From Guillardia theta CCMP2712 (lineage: Eukaryota > Protista > Cryptophyta), in assembly GCF_000315625.1 (NCBI RefSeq), contig NW_005434424.1:1-47378 (forward strand): DNA of 47,378 nt, in the 5' to 3' direction. Positions 16,661-34,957 of this stretch are shown here, in pieces. The notes beneath the pieces are model-generated. The model saw only the letters and a program-made list of their open reading frames with translations, searched no databases and was not told the origin of the DNA. The first letter of the stretch is position 1. The number at the start of each line of letters is the position of its first letter. The position numbers were made by a program, and so were the translations under genes.

Positions 16661-16780
16661 CTTTACTCAAAGTTAAGTTAAAAATCAGTACGAGGACAAT
16701 CAGGAGAGTACTTTCAGTAGGTGTTACTTTTACTCAAAGTTAAGTTAAACATCACATACTAGTTAACTTTGAGTAAAGGC
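16661..16780. repeat. Dispersed TTACTCAAAG element, copy B, plus a 15-bp perfect hairpin built from two partial copies
   Basis: Copy at 16661-16711. Hairpin arms 16729-16743 (TTTACTCAAAGTTAA) and 16763-16777 (TTAACTTTGAGTAAA) enclose a 19-nt loop. Confidence 0.9.
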
Positions 16781-17201
16781 CTCCTTGACCACTGGCTGTC
16801 CGATCGGTCACGACGGTTGGAGATCGCTGAGGGGCCCGACGGACCGGGAGTGGCCGTCACCTCTCGGACGCCCGCCTCAGGGCCTCCGAGTCACGAGTGG
16901 GCCCGCCGGCCCGACGGACGGAGTCCGAGCGGCTGGACAGTCGGTCCGACGGACTCCGAGTCGGATCGAGTTCCGAGCGAGCTCGCCCCAGAGCCTGCCC
17001 CAGAGCCTGCCCCAGACTCCTGCCCCAGCCTCCCCATCAAAAGTTTGACCGGGTCACATGTCGGGGCGATGCTTGGCAAGCTCCTGCTGTTGATGCCTCC
17101 GCGCTCAAGAGCTGCTGAGCGCAGATGACGCCTGGAACGCTCGTCTGTCATACTTGGAGGAGCCCTGCTGTACTTTGTGAGCCCATCGGGATGCAGTGAC
17201 G

Positions 17202-23962
<6,761 letters not shown>

Positions 23963-24110
23963 TCAAGTCCTTCATCACACCTGCTCCGACTCCTGTCAGC
24001 TCAGCTACTAGTAGTTCTCTGCGGCGGTTGAGAGTAGAATCCATTGCTAGCCATAGGTGGAAGAGTTGTTTCAAGTGTTCTCATCATTCCATTTCAGCCA
24101 TCACGTTACA

Positions 24111-24194
24111 CACTGTCGCACACCGGGCCATACGGCCGCCGCGCGGCGAGAAGAGAAAAGACAGCGAGAACCAACCGTTGAACCCTCATCCTGC
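24111..24194 (+). repeat. Dispersed element, 3' half only (copy F)
   Basis: CACTGTCGCACA..GGCCA..CGGCGAGAAGAGAAAAGACAGCGAGAACCAA..AACCC..ATCCTGC aligns, with short insertions, to the reverse complement of 39401-39461. Confidence 0.85.
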
Positions 24195-24581
24195 AGGACC
24201 ATGTCGCTGTGGCCGCCCGGGCCCGGGCCCGGGCCCCGGTAAGGAACGAGACTCATATATGATATATCAGGATACCGGTCACCGGGCCCGCCCCGGCCGC
24301 TGTAACGAACTTTGTGGGCGCGAGGAAGTACTCGGATTGACTGAAATATTTGTACCACAACAGCAGGCGACCAGGTACAAAGAATTCAGTTACCTGTAGC
24401 AACCCCTCGACCTCGACGTATCGGAGTAGTGCCGGTAGGGGGGGGGGGTGGTAGTTCTCGGATCAGCCGGTGGGTCCATTGTGGGAAAACAAGGGGTACG
24501 AAACGGAGCAAATTCGGACCGAGAAGCCTTGGCGGGGGTGGTCGGGGGTGGGGTGGAGCCTGAACTTGAAGCGCTGCAGGC

Positions 24582-25826
24582 ATGGGAGGGAATGGGTCCA
24601 AGGAGAGGGAGGACGAGGGGCCAGGATGGATGGGATGTGGATGCCTGGCACAGAAGTCAGCGCAGGGGAAGAAGGAGCTCGAAGGCGACTGCTACAGCGT
24701 AAGCTCATGATCATGAACACCAAGTTTCCCGTGTCTGTGAGAGGTGGGGAGGGGAGGGGAGGTTGACTTGATCCTGTCGTCTATCCCTCTGCATTTCTGG
24801 TCGAAGTAGTTGTGAATTCGTATCGGTGAACATGGTTTGTTGTATGTGCATCCAAACTCACGCCCATGAGCTTCCATGATTGAAATCGTTGCTGTGAAAG
24901 TGAAAATCTTCTTGTAGGTGATGAAGGTGCAAGAAAACAATCAGAGATTTCTCAGTGCGCAGACATTCCTGTTGATCGATAACAGCGTTCAATTCCTTCC
25001 TCCAGGTGCCATGGCTGAGGGTGGGAAAGCCGATATGATCATCGGGCTCTTCAGCACGACGAGGGAGTTCGACGTGAACGGTTGTCAACTTTCTAGGAAG
25101 GAAATGCGATGTGAGCTCATGGTCATTCCTTGCAGCTTCCGACCATGAAGGGAATACCGCTCTTCACAAAGCTGCGAAGAATGGACATCTGCTTGTATGC
25201 CACATCTTAACGCGGGTGAGCAGCCTCGAAACATTGTTCTTGGTTGCAAGGACAGTTTGTCTTGACTTGTCGGCAGAACGGGGCTGACTGTGCGCTCCGC
25301 AACAAACTTGGAGAGACTGCTGAGGACTTGGCATTGCAGCACGGGCATCTCCCGTGTCAGAAGTTCCTGTCGAGCAGCAAGTGAATCATTCATCAGCACC
25401 ATCACAGCTGCTCTCCCTGACCTTATCCTTCAGTGCAAAGCCGCAAGAGAAGACGGACATGTACAAGTTTCCTGATTTCTTGATGTCTCCTCGCGGATCA
25501 AGAAAGAAGTGATGTTTGACAACAGCTCTCTGCACGCTGACGATGCTTGTTGTACCCTCAGGGTGTCTACCGACTACATCACAGCGCTCTACCCCTACAA
25601 AGCTAGCCCCGACCTCCCCTTCGACCCCGACCCTCGACAAGAGCTGGACATGGAAGAGGTCAGAGTGCCAGGTCGTCGCTCGAGTCTCAACCCTCTCTTG
25701 CAGGGGGAGAAGTTCGTCCTGCTCCACCTGCGACCGGAGGACGGGTGGTGCTTGGTGTACAAGCTGTCCAACGACGGGAGGCCCTTCAAGGAGGGGTGGG
25801 TACCCGGGAACTTCATGAGCAGGTAG
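24582..25826 (+). CDS. N-myristoylated ankyrin-repeat and SH3-domain protein
   Basis: Starts MGGNGSK (G2/S6). Ankyrin repeats DVNA|SDHEGNTALHKAAKNGHLLVCHILTR|NGADCALRNKLGETAEDLALQHGH. C-terminal SH3 ALYPYKA...ELDMEE|GEKFVLL...DGWC...EGWVPGNFM*. Junctions splice in frame. Confidence 0.85.
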
Positions 25827-26205
25827 CGCCTTGCTGCGGCCTCTGGTTGTCTCCTCATCATGGTTGCATCTGCAGGGATGGGAGCAAACCGTTGATTCAG
25901 AGCGAAGACTTCGAGGTGAAGTTGTAGACAGGAGACGACTGGCATTGGCCTTGTACATTAAAAATCAATCCACACTGTACGGTGACATCGCCTCTGCCGC
26001 TGGTTTCTCTTCGGAGGGATCACAATATCATAGCTCGAGGATCTGAAGTACAGAAACAAGCATCGGGAACAAACGCGTGTGGGAAGAGAGAAACTAGTCA
26101 GTATACACTATCTCAACAATCAGGTCTGTCGCGGCGACGTCACATCGGCCGCCCTTCGTCGCCCTGAGTTATTCACATGCTTCTTTACATCCATCCAGCA
26201 GCGGC

Positions 26206-28044
26206 TCATTCAAGGTGCTGCTGCTCTTGGCTCCTGCCTCCACGTGCTCTTGTACTTCTAGCCGGAAGAAACCTCAACGCTGGTGGACGTGAAGCAAGCA
26301 AGTCACCTGAGCTCATGCTTGAGCCCGTGCTCCTGCTGTCCCTGCCGTAGCTGCTGCGTATCGTTTGGGGGACCTTGAAGACCTGTAAGGTCCTGTTAGG
26401 AACGCGCGTCGAGGGATCGTTGCAGGAGGCGCACAGGATAGGGTCTCCTGGGGAGGATGGGAGCGAGTGTGCCTCGAGTGTCTTGCCAGAGGTCGTCAAG
26501 GTCGACCATGGCCTTCAAACTGGCAGGCAGTCAAGCTGAGACAAGGGGAGGAGGAAGATGGAGGAAAGACCTTGACTTGAAGTCCTTCCTGCCGGGCTCA
26601 GAGTTCTCCACATCGAGCTCGATGTTTGAGACCTGGGGGTCTTCGTGCAGGAACTCTCTGTAGGAGAAGACGGTATGATGCACAATGGCAAAGATGAGCA
26701 TCTCGATGCAGATGAGAAAGTCTTGCGTTGCCGCCGCCAGCTCGGACGTCTCTGGGTAGATGGAAGGGATCTCAGCGATCACGTCGAGCTGAACCAAGAT
26801 GGCGATGGCGAGCGACTGAGGGAGAGAGTCAAGGTGGACCAACGAATCTCGCAGGTGAAACCTGCCAGAAGGAGAAGAACACAATCGCCTTCACGGCAAG
26901 GAACTTCCCGAGTGGCTTCATCGGGGCGAGCTCGTGGCGGAGCCCCTTGTAGAAGCTGACAACGAGGAATCAGAGGAGCTACCAAAGTCATCCAAGTTTG
27001 TACAGGATCAGACAGTAGAGGGCCCAGGCCTGGCTAAAGTTTGTGACCATGGCGGCCCAGAAGAACCTGTTGGGCGAGCAAGAGTCAGCCGCTGTCCGCC
27101 ACCAGATCAAGTTCACACCCTTGAGATGGTTGTAGACGCCCTTCTCCCCACATGCTCAGAGGTTTCAAGATGAACGCCGCAAGCGCGCATGCGAGCTTGA
27201 CAACGATGTACTGAACGACGCCGCTCTTGACTCGACTGTTGCAGGGCGGTCAATCGCGGGAGGTAGCGATGTTCCGGTCAAACCTGAGGAACAGACAAGA
27301 CTCATGGTGAGCCGTTGAAGTCGTGTCCCATGGTTCGAGCATGCAGCTCATCGGGAATATGTGAGGAACCTGTCAAAGAAAGATGAATCCTCAAGGCTCC
27401 ATCAAATATCTCGCCACAAACTCACCGCAGGCTTGCGGGCAAGGATCCGTTTCAGCTGCGCGTCCATGTTCCGCAGCTCCTCCTTCCTGCTCCCCTCTTC
27501 GCTGCACGTCTCAGTGTTCACAGAGCTTGATCGTGCCACGTTCCCCATGGACGACTCCTCTCTCTGCAGAGTGGAGCTGCCAGCGATGGCGACGTATCGA
27601 GCCAGGAAGATGAGGAAGTTGTAGACGACGAAGGCCTCGTAACACTCCCTGGCCACGTTGATGTACAGGGAGAGAGTGCGGAGTTCCGTCCAGGAGAATC
27701 GCAGAGCCAGCCATGAGTCGACGGTATAGATCGGCACCATCCAAAGAATACGAATGACCGGGACCTGGAGCAGGGGGACCTGCATGTACCGCAGGTGCAT
27801 GATGATCTCCCATATGGAGATGGGGAGCGTCACTGCGACGAAGCATGTTGCAATCAGCCAGCCGATCGTGTGGGTGGGCACTCTGTCCTTAAAGTTATCG
27901 TACAGGAAGAAGACGACGAGCGGGCAGGCCGCAAGCACAATCCCGGCAAGGACGAACAGGACAGTGAACACCTGTCAGCAGCACTCAGGTCCGCAGGGAG
28001 GTTCGTCGTGCTCTCACCACTGAAGCACAGGAGTGTGAGATCAT
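26206..28044 (-). CDS. TMEM184: TMEM184 / organic solute transporter alpha family membrane protein
   Basis: Family motifs IRILWMVPIY..DSWLALRF, ARECYEAFVVYNF, VKSGVVQY, KFLAVKAIVFFSFWQ and QDFLICIEMLIFAIVH..FSY. Terminal exons are approximate. Confidence 0.9.
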
Positions 28045-28762
28045 GTCGACGACGCTGCTTGCTCGGGGCGAAATCAGCTTGCTAGCATCAGCCTCGACGA
28101 CAAACTAGAGTGGTGGTGACAGCACCTCCTCAGCTTCACTGGGTGACCTCGGCCTTGCTACCCCCCCTCCTCTCCTCTCTTCTTCTGTCTCCTCGTTCCT
28201 CCTCTCTCTCTCTTCCTCTCTTCTCGTCGCTTCTCCTCTCCTCTTCCTGCTTCCCCTGCCTGCTAGCCCGTTCATCTAGCTGTCGCCATTCCACTGCCTT
28301 CCGGCTGCTGCCTACCCTCAGACTAATGGAAACAGAACTCCAAATATCTGCCTTTATACTTAAGTCTATTGAAACACCGAGGCGCACCTGATTTTTGTAG
28401 AACATTTATCTTTTATTCAGTCAACTCTATTTGGCTAACCTTTTGAAAAGCTCTGTCAAACCAGTACCCACCCCTCACACTTTCTCTTTACCAAGGGGGT
28501 CCATAATATGCTTTTGTACCAGGACTGCGGGAGTTGAGTGAAAAGTAGACGCGCCCTTTCGGTGCATGGCGGCGTGCGGAACGTGGGAGGGCTAAGCAGG
28601 AGGAGGAGGAGGAGGAGGAGAGAGCAAGGGGAAGCAGGTTGAAAGGAGGAGAGAGGAAAAGAGAGAGAGAGAGGAAAGACAAGTTGAGACGAAGCAAGGG
28701 AGGGAGGGTCCAGCTCCCCGAAGCCGCTTTCTGCATCCCGCGACTTGCCGGAAGTCGAAGTC

Positions 28763-29021
28763 ATGGGGCTCAAGGATCTGAATCCGTTGAAGCTGGTCAA
28801 GGCGATCTTCCAGAAGAGGAAGAAGATCGATGAGGTCGTGCACTCTCCTATGAAGCACTCTGAGCACAGCTGCCCTTGTAGTACTCAAGTGAGTTTGTTG
28901 TTTCAGGAGGATACGTCATATCAGTCTGATCTAGCGCTACAACCATCACATCTCGTCACCATTGCATTAGCCCAGGTAAGCTCTGCATGACTGCAATCTC
29001 CTCGTCCTCGTCCTCGTCCTG

Positions 29022-29081
<60 letters not shown>

Positions 29082-31146
29082 CTCGTCCTCCTCCTCCTCC
29101 TCCTCCTCCTCCTCCTCCTCCTGCTCCTCCTCCCACTCACGGTGCATTCAGGCCATCATTATCGTAGTTTACTACTTCTACGTCGTGCACGAGACATTCC
29201 CCAAGCCACCCGACATCTTTCCAGCCCCGGGTATCCTCAAGCTGCAGCTCATCGTGCTTCTCATCCTCCTCAGGTCTCGGCGAGCCTGGAGGTCCGATCT
29301 TCCAGGAGCCTGAGTCAGTAACTCCGTTCAAGCGCTACCCCCCGGGTATACTCAACTCCTCGTACTGACCCTCCAAGGTCTCCTCTGACGCTAGACTCAG
29401 GATATGACATTGTGGGCCCCCGGCCGGATGGCACTCTAGGGCCCCAGTTGAGTCAGCCGACGCTACAGAGAGAGTGAGAGCGAGAGGACGAGAGGTGATT
29501 CGGTTGACGATGCTGCTGTTCAGATACAAGTTTCAGATTGAGATCGTTACCTATGTCTACCTTGGATTTGGAATGCAGGTGACAATAAGGATGGTGGTGG
29601 TGGTGGTGGTGGTGGTGATGATGATGATGACGATTGTGGGGTGCACGGAATTGACGATATTTCGGCACATGATTGCTTTCTTGACAGTATTCCTTCCTGC
29701 GTAAGTTCGGCTTCAGCACAATCGCTTTCGGTCTCCTGGCTGCCTCTATCGCCAGTCAGTGGGGATTTTTCTGGATGCAGCTCATTGACAGGATGCATTG
29801 TGATTGGTTGATCTCCAAGACTTGCGATGTTCCAACTTGTAGCGGGAATCCCAACTGCCTCGAAGCCTTGAAGGCCGAGGTGATTCAAGGTACCTTCCAG
29901 GAGATCCAGCAACGACAGGCCTGCACCTGCTACATCTTCCGCATGTTTGCACAGAACCGATCGCAAATCACCGAGCTCCCGCACCATGCCAAGCACGCCT
30001 TGTACGTCACAGGGAGGACGGACTTTGACAACACCATGGCGATCACTTCGCCGGCCATCATGGAAGGCCTGTTTGCTACTGTTCCTGTGCAGATCACCAT
30101 GGGCATCTTGCTAGGAAAAGTCTCCCTTGCCCAGCTGTCAGCGGTGAGCATGATCTGCGTGACGGCCTACGGCGTCAACTTCTGGCTGAACCTGTACGTC
30201 ATGGGCGCATACGACAACCTGGGAGGATCCTGTGTCATCCACCTCTTCGGAGCTTGCTTCGGCATCGGCTGTACCCTCCTTGCCACCCTCAAGGGAAGTG
30301 CCGAGAACCCGGACAATGCTCCAAGGTACAACGCTGACGTGATGGCGATAATTGGAACGATTCTCAACTGGATGACTTTCCCCTCCTTCAACGCCTACTT
30401 CGCTCCAGCTGGTTACCTTGCCTTGCCCTTGCCTGGTCAGTGTATACTTGACACCTCCTACAGCGGCCCAGCAGGCGGTGGTTGTCAATACGTACTTGTC
30501 TCTGTTCAGCAGCTGCGTCGCTTCTATGTGATCTGCTCCTGCTCTCCCCATGACCTTGACGAGCCTCCTGCAGGATCTTCTCGTCCATGTACTCTAGACA
30601 GCTGAAGCTTGACCCTGTTAGTCTCTTCTCTCTCTCCTCCTCCACTTTCTTCCTCCACTCTCCTCCTCCACCCTCCTCTCCACTCTCCCCCTCCTGTCTC
30701 TTCCTCCAATCAGCCTCGCTCGCTTGACACGGCCTTGACTGGGCAGGCGGACGTGCAACGATCTTCGTTGGCAGGAGGTGTGCGGGAGAGGCTGGAGGAG
30801 TTGCGATGCTGATGCTCGTTCAAGGTGTCTCGATCTCCTCTGTCGTCAGTCTTTTTGCAAAACCTCAGCACGCCCTCATCATTGGCGTCATTGGAGGGTG
30901 AGAGACTGACTTAATAGTCTCCTTACTTGACTCGATATCTTCGGCCGCAGCTTCGTATGCAGCACGTCCCATCACTTCTTGAGGTGAAGCTTTTACCTCC
31001 CCTCTCCTCTGCTCTCGCCTACTCCCTCCTTCTGTCAAGCTTCTGATCTCGACCACAGGAGAATTCTGGAGAGGAAGACTGGCATCACGGATACAGTCGG
31101 GGTCATATCCTTGCATGCCTTTCCAGGTGAGGAGGAAAAGGAAGAT

Positions 31147-31211
<65 letters not shown>

Positions 31212-32182
31212 CGGCTGAGGATGGTGGAACAGGTCTTATCGCATGGATCGCTGGAATTATTGCCGTCTGGGGTCTGGACAGCAGGTGAGGCTGTTGGAAG
31301 ATAATAAGGGAGGAGCGGCTGAAGGTGATGGGACAGGTACAAGGGCCCTTGGTCGGGGATCCAGTATTGTAAGTTCTTGCGCTGCTCGTCTCCTCGTCGT
31401 AGGAGTTTTGACTCTTTTTTAATCCAGCAAGCACGCAGACTAAGACGCTGCCATATTGGTGAACAGATAATCTCCTTACTCCACCTCCTTCCCCACCTCC
31501 TTCCCCACCTCCTCTCCTCCTACCCCACCTTTTTTCCCACTGCTTGACCCCTCTTGTTCCTACCTCCTACCCCACCTTCTTTCCCACCTCTTGCCCCTTC
31601 TCGTTCCCACTACCTATCCCACCTGGTACCCCACCTGTTTTCTCCCCTCATTCTGAACAACAGGCTGGAAATGGATCTTACCTTCCAGCACCATGTTGGG
31701 AACAAGGACACGGCCCTTTACCAGGCGAGTGTCCGCTGACGAGTCTGTCTCCTGACCGTTCTCGGATCAGATCTACATGGCTCCTATCACCATCTGCGTC
31801 GGACTGTAAGCAGGAGCAGGAGGAGGGTTGCTGCTCGTGACTGTCTTGCTGCAGAGGGACTGGTCTGCTTGGAGGGCTGGTAGCAAGATGGATCAAAGGC
31901 CCTTCTGTTGCCAAGACTTTCACGGACTCCATGTACGCCTCCTCCGTCCTCCTTATCCTCCGTCCCGTTCTCCTTCCCTTCTACATCTCCATCACTCCCT
32001 CCTGCTCTCTTTCCCGTCCAGACTCCTTCCTTGGTGTCCTGTGTTGCCCCCATAACGCTGATGACACCTTTCTCGCCCTGCCCTTCCTCTTTCCTCCTCC
32101 GGCTCTCCTCACTCACGCCCCTTGGCACAGGTATTGGGTGGTTCCAGACGACTTCCTTGAAACGGAGAAGTCTCAAATGTAA
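28763..32182 (+). CDS. Rh50-type ammonia/ammonium channel (Amt/Mep/Rh family) with a Cys-rich loop insert
   Basis: Rh signatures FLRKFGFS, ILLGK, DNLGGSCVIHLFGACFG (first His), GTILNWMTFPSFN, SLAGG, DTVGVISLHAFPG (second His) and C-terminal YWVVP. Many short exons. Confidence 0.9.
29000..29131. repeat. (TCCTCG)n/(CCT)n microsatellite, intronic
   Basis: Tandem repeat inside an intron of the Rh gene. Confidence 0.9.
31148..31211. repeat. (GCAGGA)n hexamer microsatellite, intronic
   Basis: About 10 units. Same hexamer family as the repeats at 1681 and 46357. Confidence 0.9.
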
Positions 32183-32577
32183 GTTGCGTTGATTCAATAC
32201 AACAACATCATGAACGTGAACACTCTGCACTTGGGCATACTTTTACAACTCATCCATGTCTGTAAGACAACCATCGGGAGTTTCGCGAGTTGTCCGTGGA
32301 TGTTACTGCACAACAAAGTCAGCCTCTGGGGATGACGTGAAGTAGAGAGAACGCAGGAGGGGATAGAGAAGGTGAGGGCAAGCACCTATGGGAAGCACAG
32401 CAGGGAGAGGAAAGGAGGAAAGACAAGGGGGAGGAGATAGAGGAGGAGACAAAAGAGAAGGAGTAGTAGGAGGAGACAGAGAAGGAAGCAGAGGAGGAAA
32501 AATGGGAGGAGAAGTATTAGGAGGAAGAGTGTGGAAGCACAAGGAAGAGCAAGGCGAGCCGTCTCACATGAGAGGAT

Positions 32578-33240
32578 CTAGAGACTCCTCGTGCTATCTG
32601 AGTGCAAGTCTCTGACGACAGATCTCCCCATCTCCTTCTCCACCAGGTAGGCCTCTGACGTGTAGATCAGGCCCGAGTTCGCGCTTGCTGCTTGGCCGGA
32701 CTTTAGCTGAGCTGAGACGCTTTCAAACTGTCCTTCCGAGCTGCTTCTTCGAAGCAACTTCATGGAGTCCCTGCCCGAGCTCCTTGCTGAGAAATCCGCC
32801 TCTCCTGCTTCTGCCTCCTCAACCCCCGCTCTTGCCCCCTCCTCCTCTGTGGGCCCCTCCTCAGCCCCCACAGCAGGGAGGTCGTTCACCAAGACCTCTC
32901 TAACAAACCTCTCTGCATTCTTCGGGTCCAACGACTTGAGCTCCGTGTAGAGGTAAATGTCGGCAATGTTCAGCATCCTCCCAGTCCGGGCCTCCCTTTT
33001 GTTGGTGAAGGACCCAGTCTCCCTCCTCTCCGCGAAGGACCCAGTATCCTTCTTCTGTGTGAAGGAGCCAGTGTGCATGAGCGAGGCTGAAGTCGTTCCC
33101 TCCTCGCTGTCCCGCCTGGCTCGTTGCCAGGCCTTGACTCTCGCCAGCGTGCTGTCCTCTATCGTGTGCAGGGAGGTGGACCTTTGTCTGGATACCCGCT
33201 TCCCTTGCGGCGACTGTTCGCAGGTTGAGTCCGTCTCCAT
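32578..33240 (-). CDS. Hypothetical, largely disordered Ser/Arg/Glu-rich protein of ~220 aa
   Basis: Open frame from METDSTCEQ..., containing three 9-aa repeats (TGSFTQKKD, TGSFAERRE, TGSFTNKRE). Confidence 0.6.
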   Translation of the reverse strand: METDSTCEQSPQGKRVSRQRSTSLHTIEDSTLARVKAWQRARRDSEEGTTSASLMHTGSFTQKKDTGSFAERRETGSFTNKREARTGRMLNIADIYLYTELKSLDPKNAERFVREVLVNDLPAVGAEEGPTEEEGARAGVEEAEAGEADFSARSSGRDSMKLLRRSSSEGQFESVSAQLKSGQAASANSGLIYTSEAYLVEKEMGRSVVRDLHSDSTRSL

Positions 33241-34957
33241 GGCTGGAAGGACCCACCGATGTACAGAAGAGGCTGTCAAACCAGATGTTGAAAGGAGGAA
33301 GAATAGGAAACTCCAAGAAAGCAGCAGAGTGATTGTGTTGAGAACGAAGAAAACTGAGAAATGGTCACAGGCAGAAGGCAGTATAAGGAAGGGAGGGAGG
33401 GAGGGAGGGAGGAGATGATGTAACGACGTAACGATGTAACGAGATTTTCAAAATTAAATTGTGGAGGAAGGGATAGCCCAGGATCAAGAAGATCGGGTCG
33501 GAGAAAAGGAGGAGGGAGGCGAAGGGGCCACGAAGGAAGGGGAGGAGGATCAGGGGAATGGGTGGGGGGGGTGCGGGAGGGGGAAGAGTGAGGAGGAACG
33601 AGAACCAGGAGGATGGAGGGAGAGGAAGGCAGAGAAGGAGAAGGAGAGAGAAACCAGGAGGATGGAGGACAAGACAGGAAGGGCAGGCAGCGATGGGACA
33701 GTCACCAGGTATCCCGCGACGGACAGAGAGTGGAAGGGACGGGGGGAAGCGGTAGGCGGTGGCTGATGACAGGGAGAAGGTAGGGTGGTGAAGGGAGAAA
33801 GGGAGGGTGGGGTAGGCATGTCAGATGGATATGAACGACCCCCTTGGTGGTCATCGGAAATTCATGTAGGGGTAGTAAGACGGAAATTGGTGGGTGGGGG
33901 TACACCTATTGCAGGAGGGACCAGTGGGGGGCCCAATGGGGGGGAGGGGAAGGGTCTGGGAGTGGGGGTGGGGGTGGGGGTGGGGGGCAGGAGATAAAAT
34001 TTTTCAAGTACCCCCTCTTTACTATGTAGAGTTCTCATATAAGTAGGGTAGGGTCACAAAAGTCCATTTTTACGAAATAGGGGTGGGGTACCGGGCGTGT
34101 GAAAGTTCCCAAATCCAAGTTACGGAAAACAACGGTTGGGGTACCCACCCTCAGAACTAGGGAATGCAGGTGGTAGACAGGGGTGGTAACAACGCCTTCC
34201 CAGCGACCAGTTCCTTTGAGATCACTCAACTTATTGAGTAAATTTTATTGTACCTTACCCTGAGATCAAAGTGTACCTTGTTTACACCAGTGGTACAGAA
34301 GGTTGCAGTGCTGACGTGGGCCCGCCCCGGATTATTCTCGTCACGGTCCGACCCGAGTCCGACACTCCGGGCTGGACCAACGGTTACAACGCCTGGGAAC
34401 TAAATCTGTAACGGTTTATTTATACCCTAAAAAAGTCGGTACTAGCCAACTGGCGCGGTCTCAGATGAAGAGGAAGATGGCAAGGATGGGGTGCAAGAAT
34501 GTTGATAGGGAGCTAGCAAGACCGGATGGAGGAGACGACCTGGAGAGGTTGGAAGTTGAGCAGAGAGGAGCCATGATGCCGACCAGCTCATGCCTGAAGG
34601 GGTAGCATTCTTCCATCTTGTAGATAGAAGACAGCATGAGAAGCCTAGTCAACATGAGATGGGGGTGAGGACAGGTGGAGCAAGCTCTTCGAGGTATCAT
34701 GGTCAAGCTTGGTGACAATTTATCACAATTAGGTAGGATGGGTAGACACAAGTCGATAGGACAAGGAGAGAACATAGGTTTTCTTCATGGGTCACGGGTG
34801 GTTTGCGGCAGAACAAGTTCTTAGTTCCTTGCATCTTCCGATACTTGAAGAAAGAGATAACAGATCAGAGCTAACGACGTACAGTATCGCGTTTAGGATT
34901 GAGAGCCTCTCACATCCTGGTCTTACAGGACGTTCCTCGAGTCCAGGCGTACAGAGC

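Noticed and set aside
16661-16780. CRISPR-like repeats
   Set aside because: Eukaryotic context, irregular spacing, mixed orientation and no cas genes.
34787-34957. N-terminal extension of the Zn2Cys6 ORF from the ATG at 34787
   Set aside because: It contains intron-like signals (GTACAG...TCTTACAG) and no recognisable domain, so the true 5' structure cannot be fixed from sequence alone.
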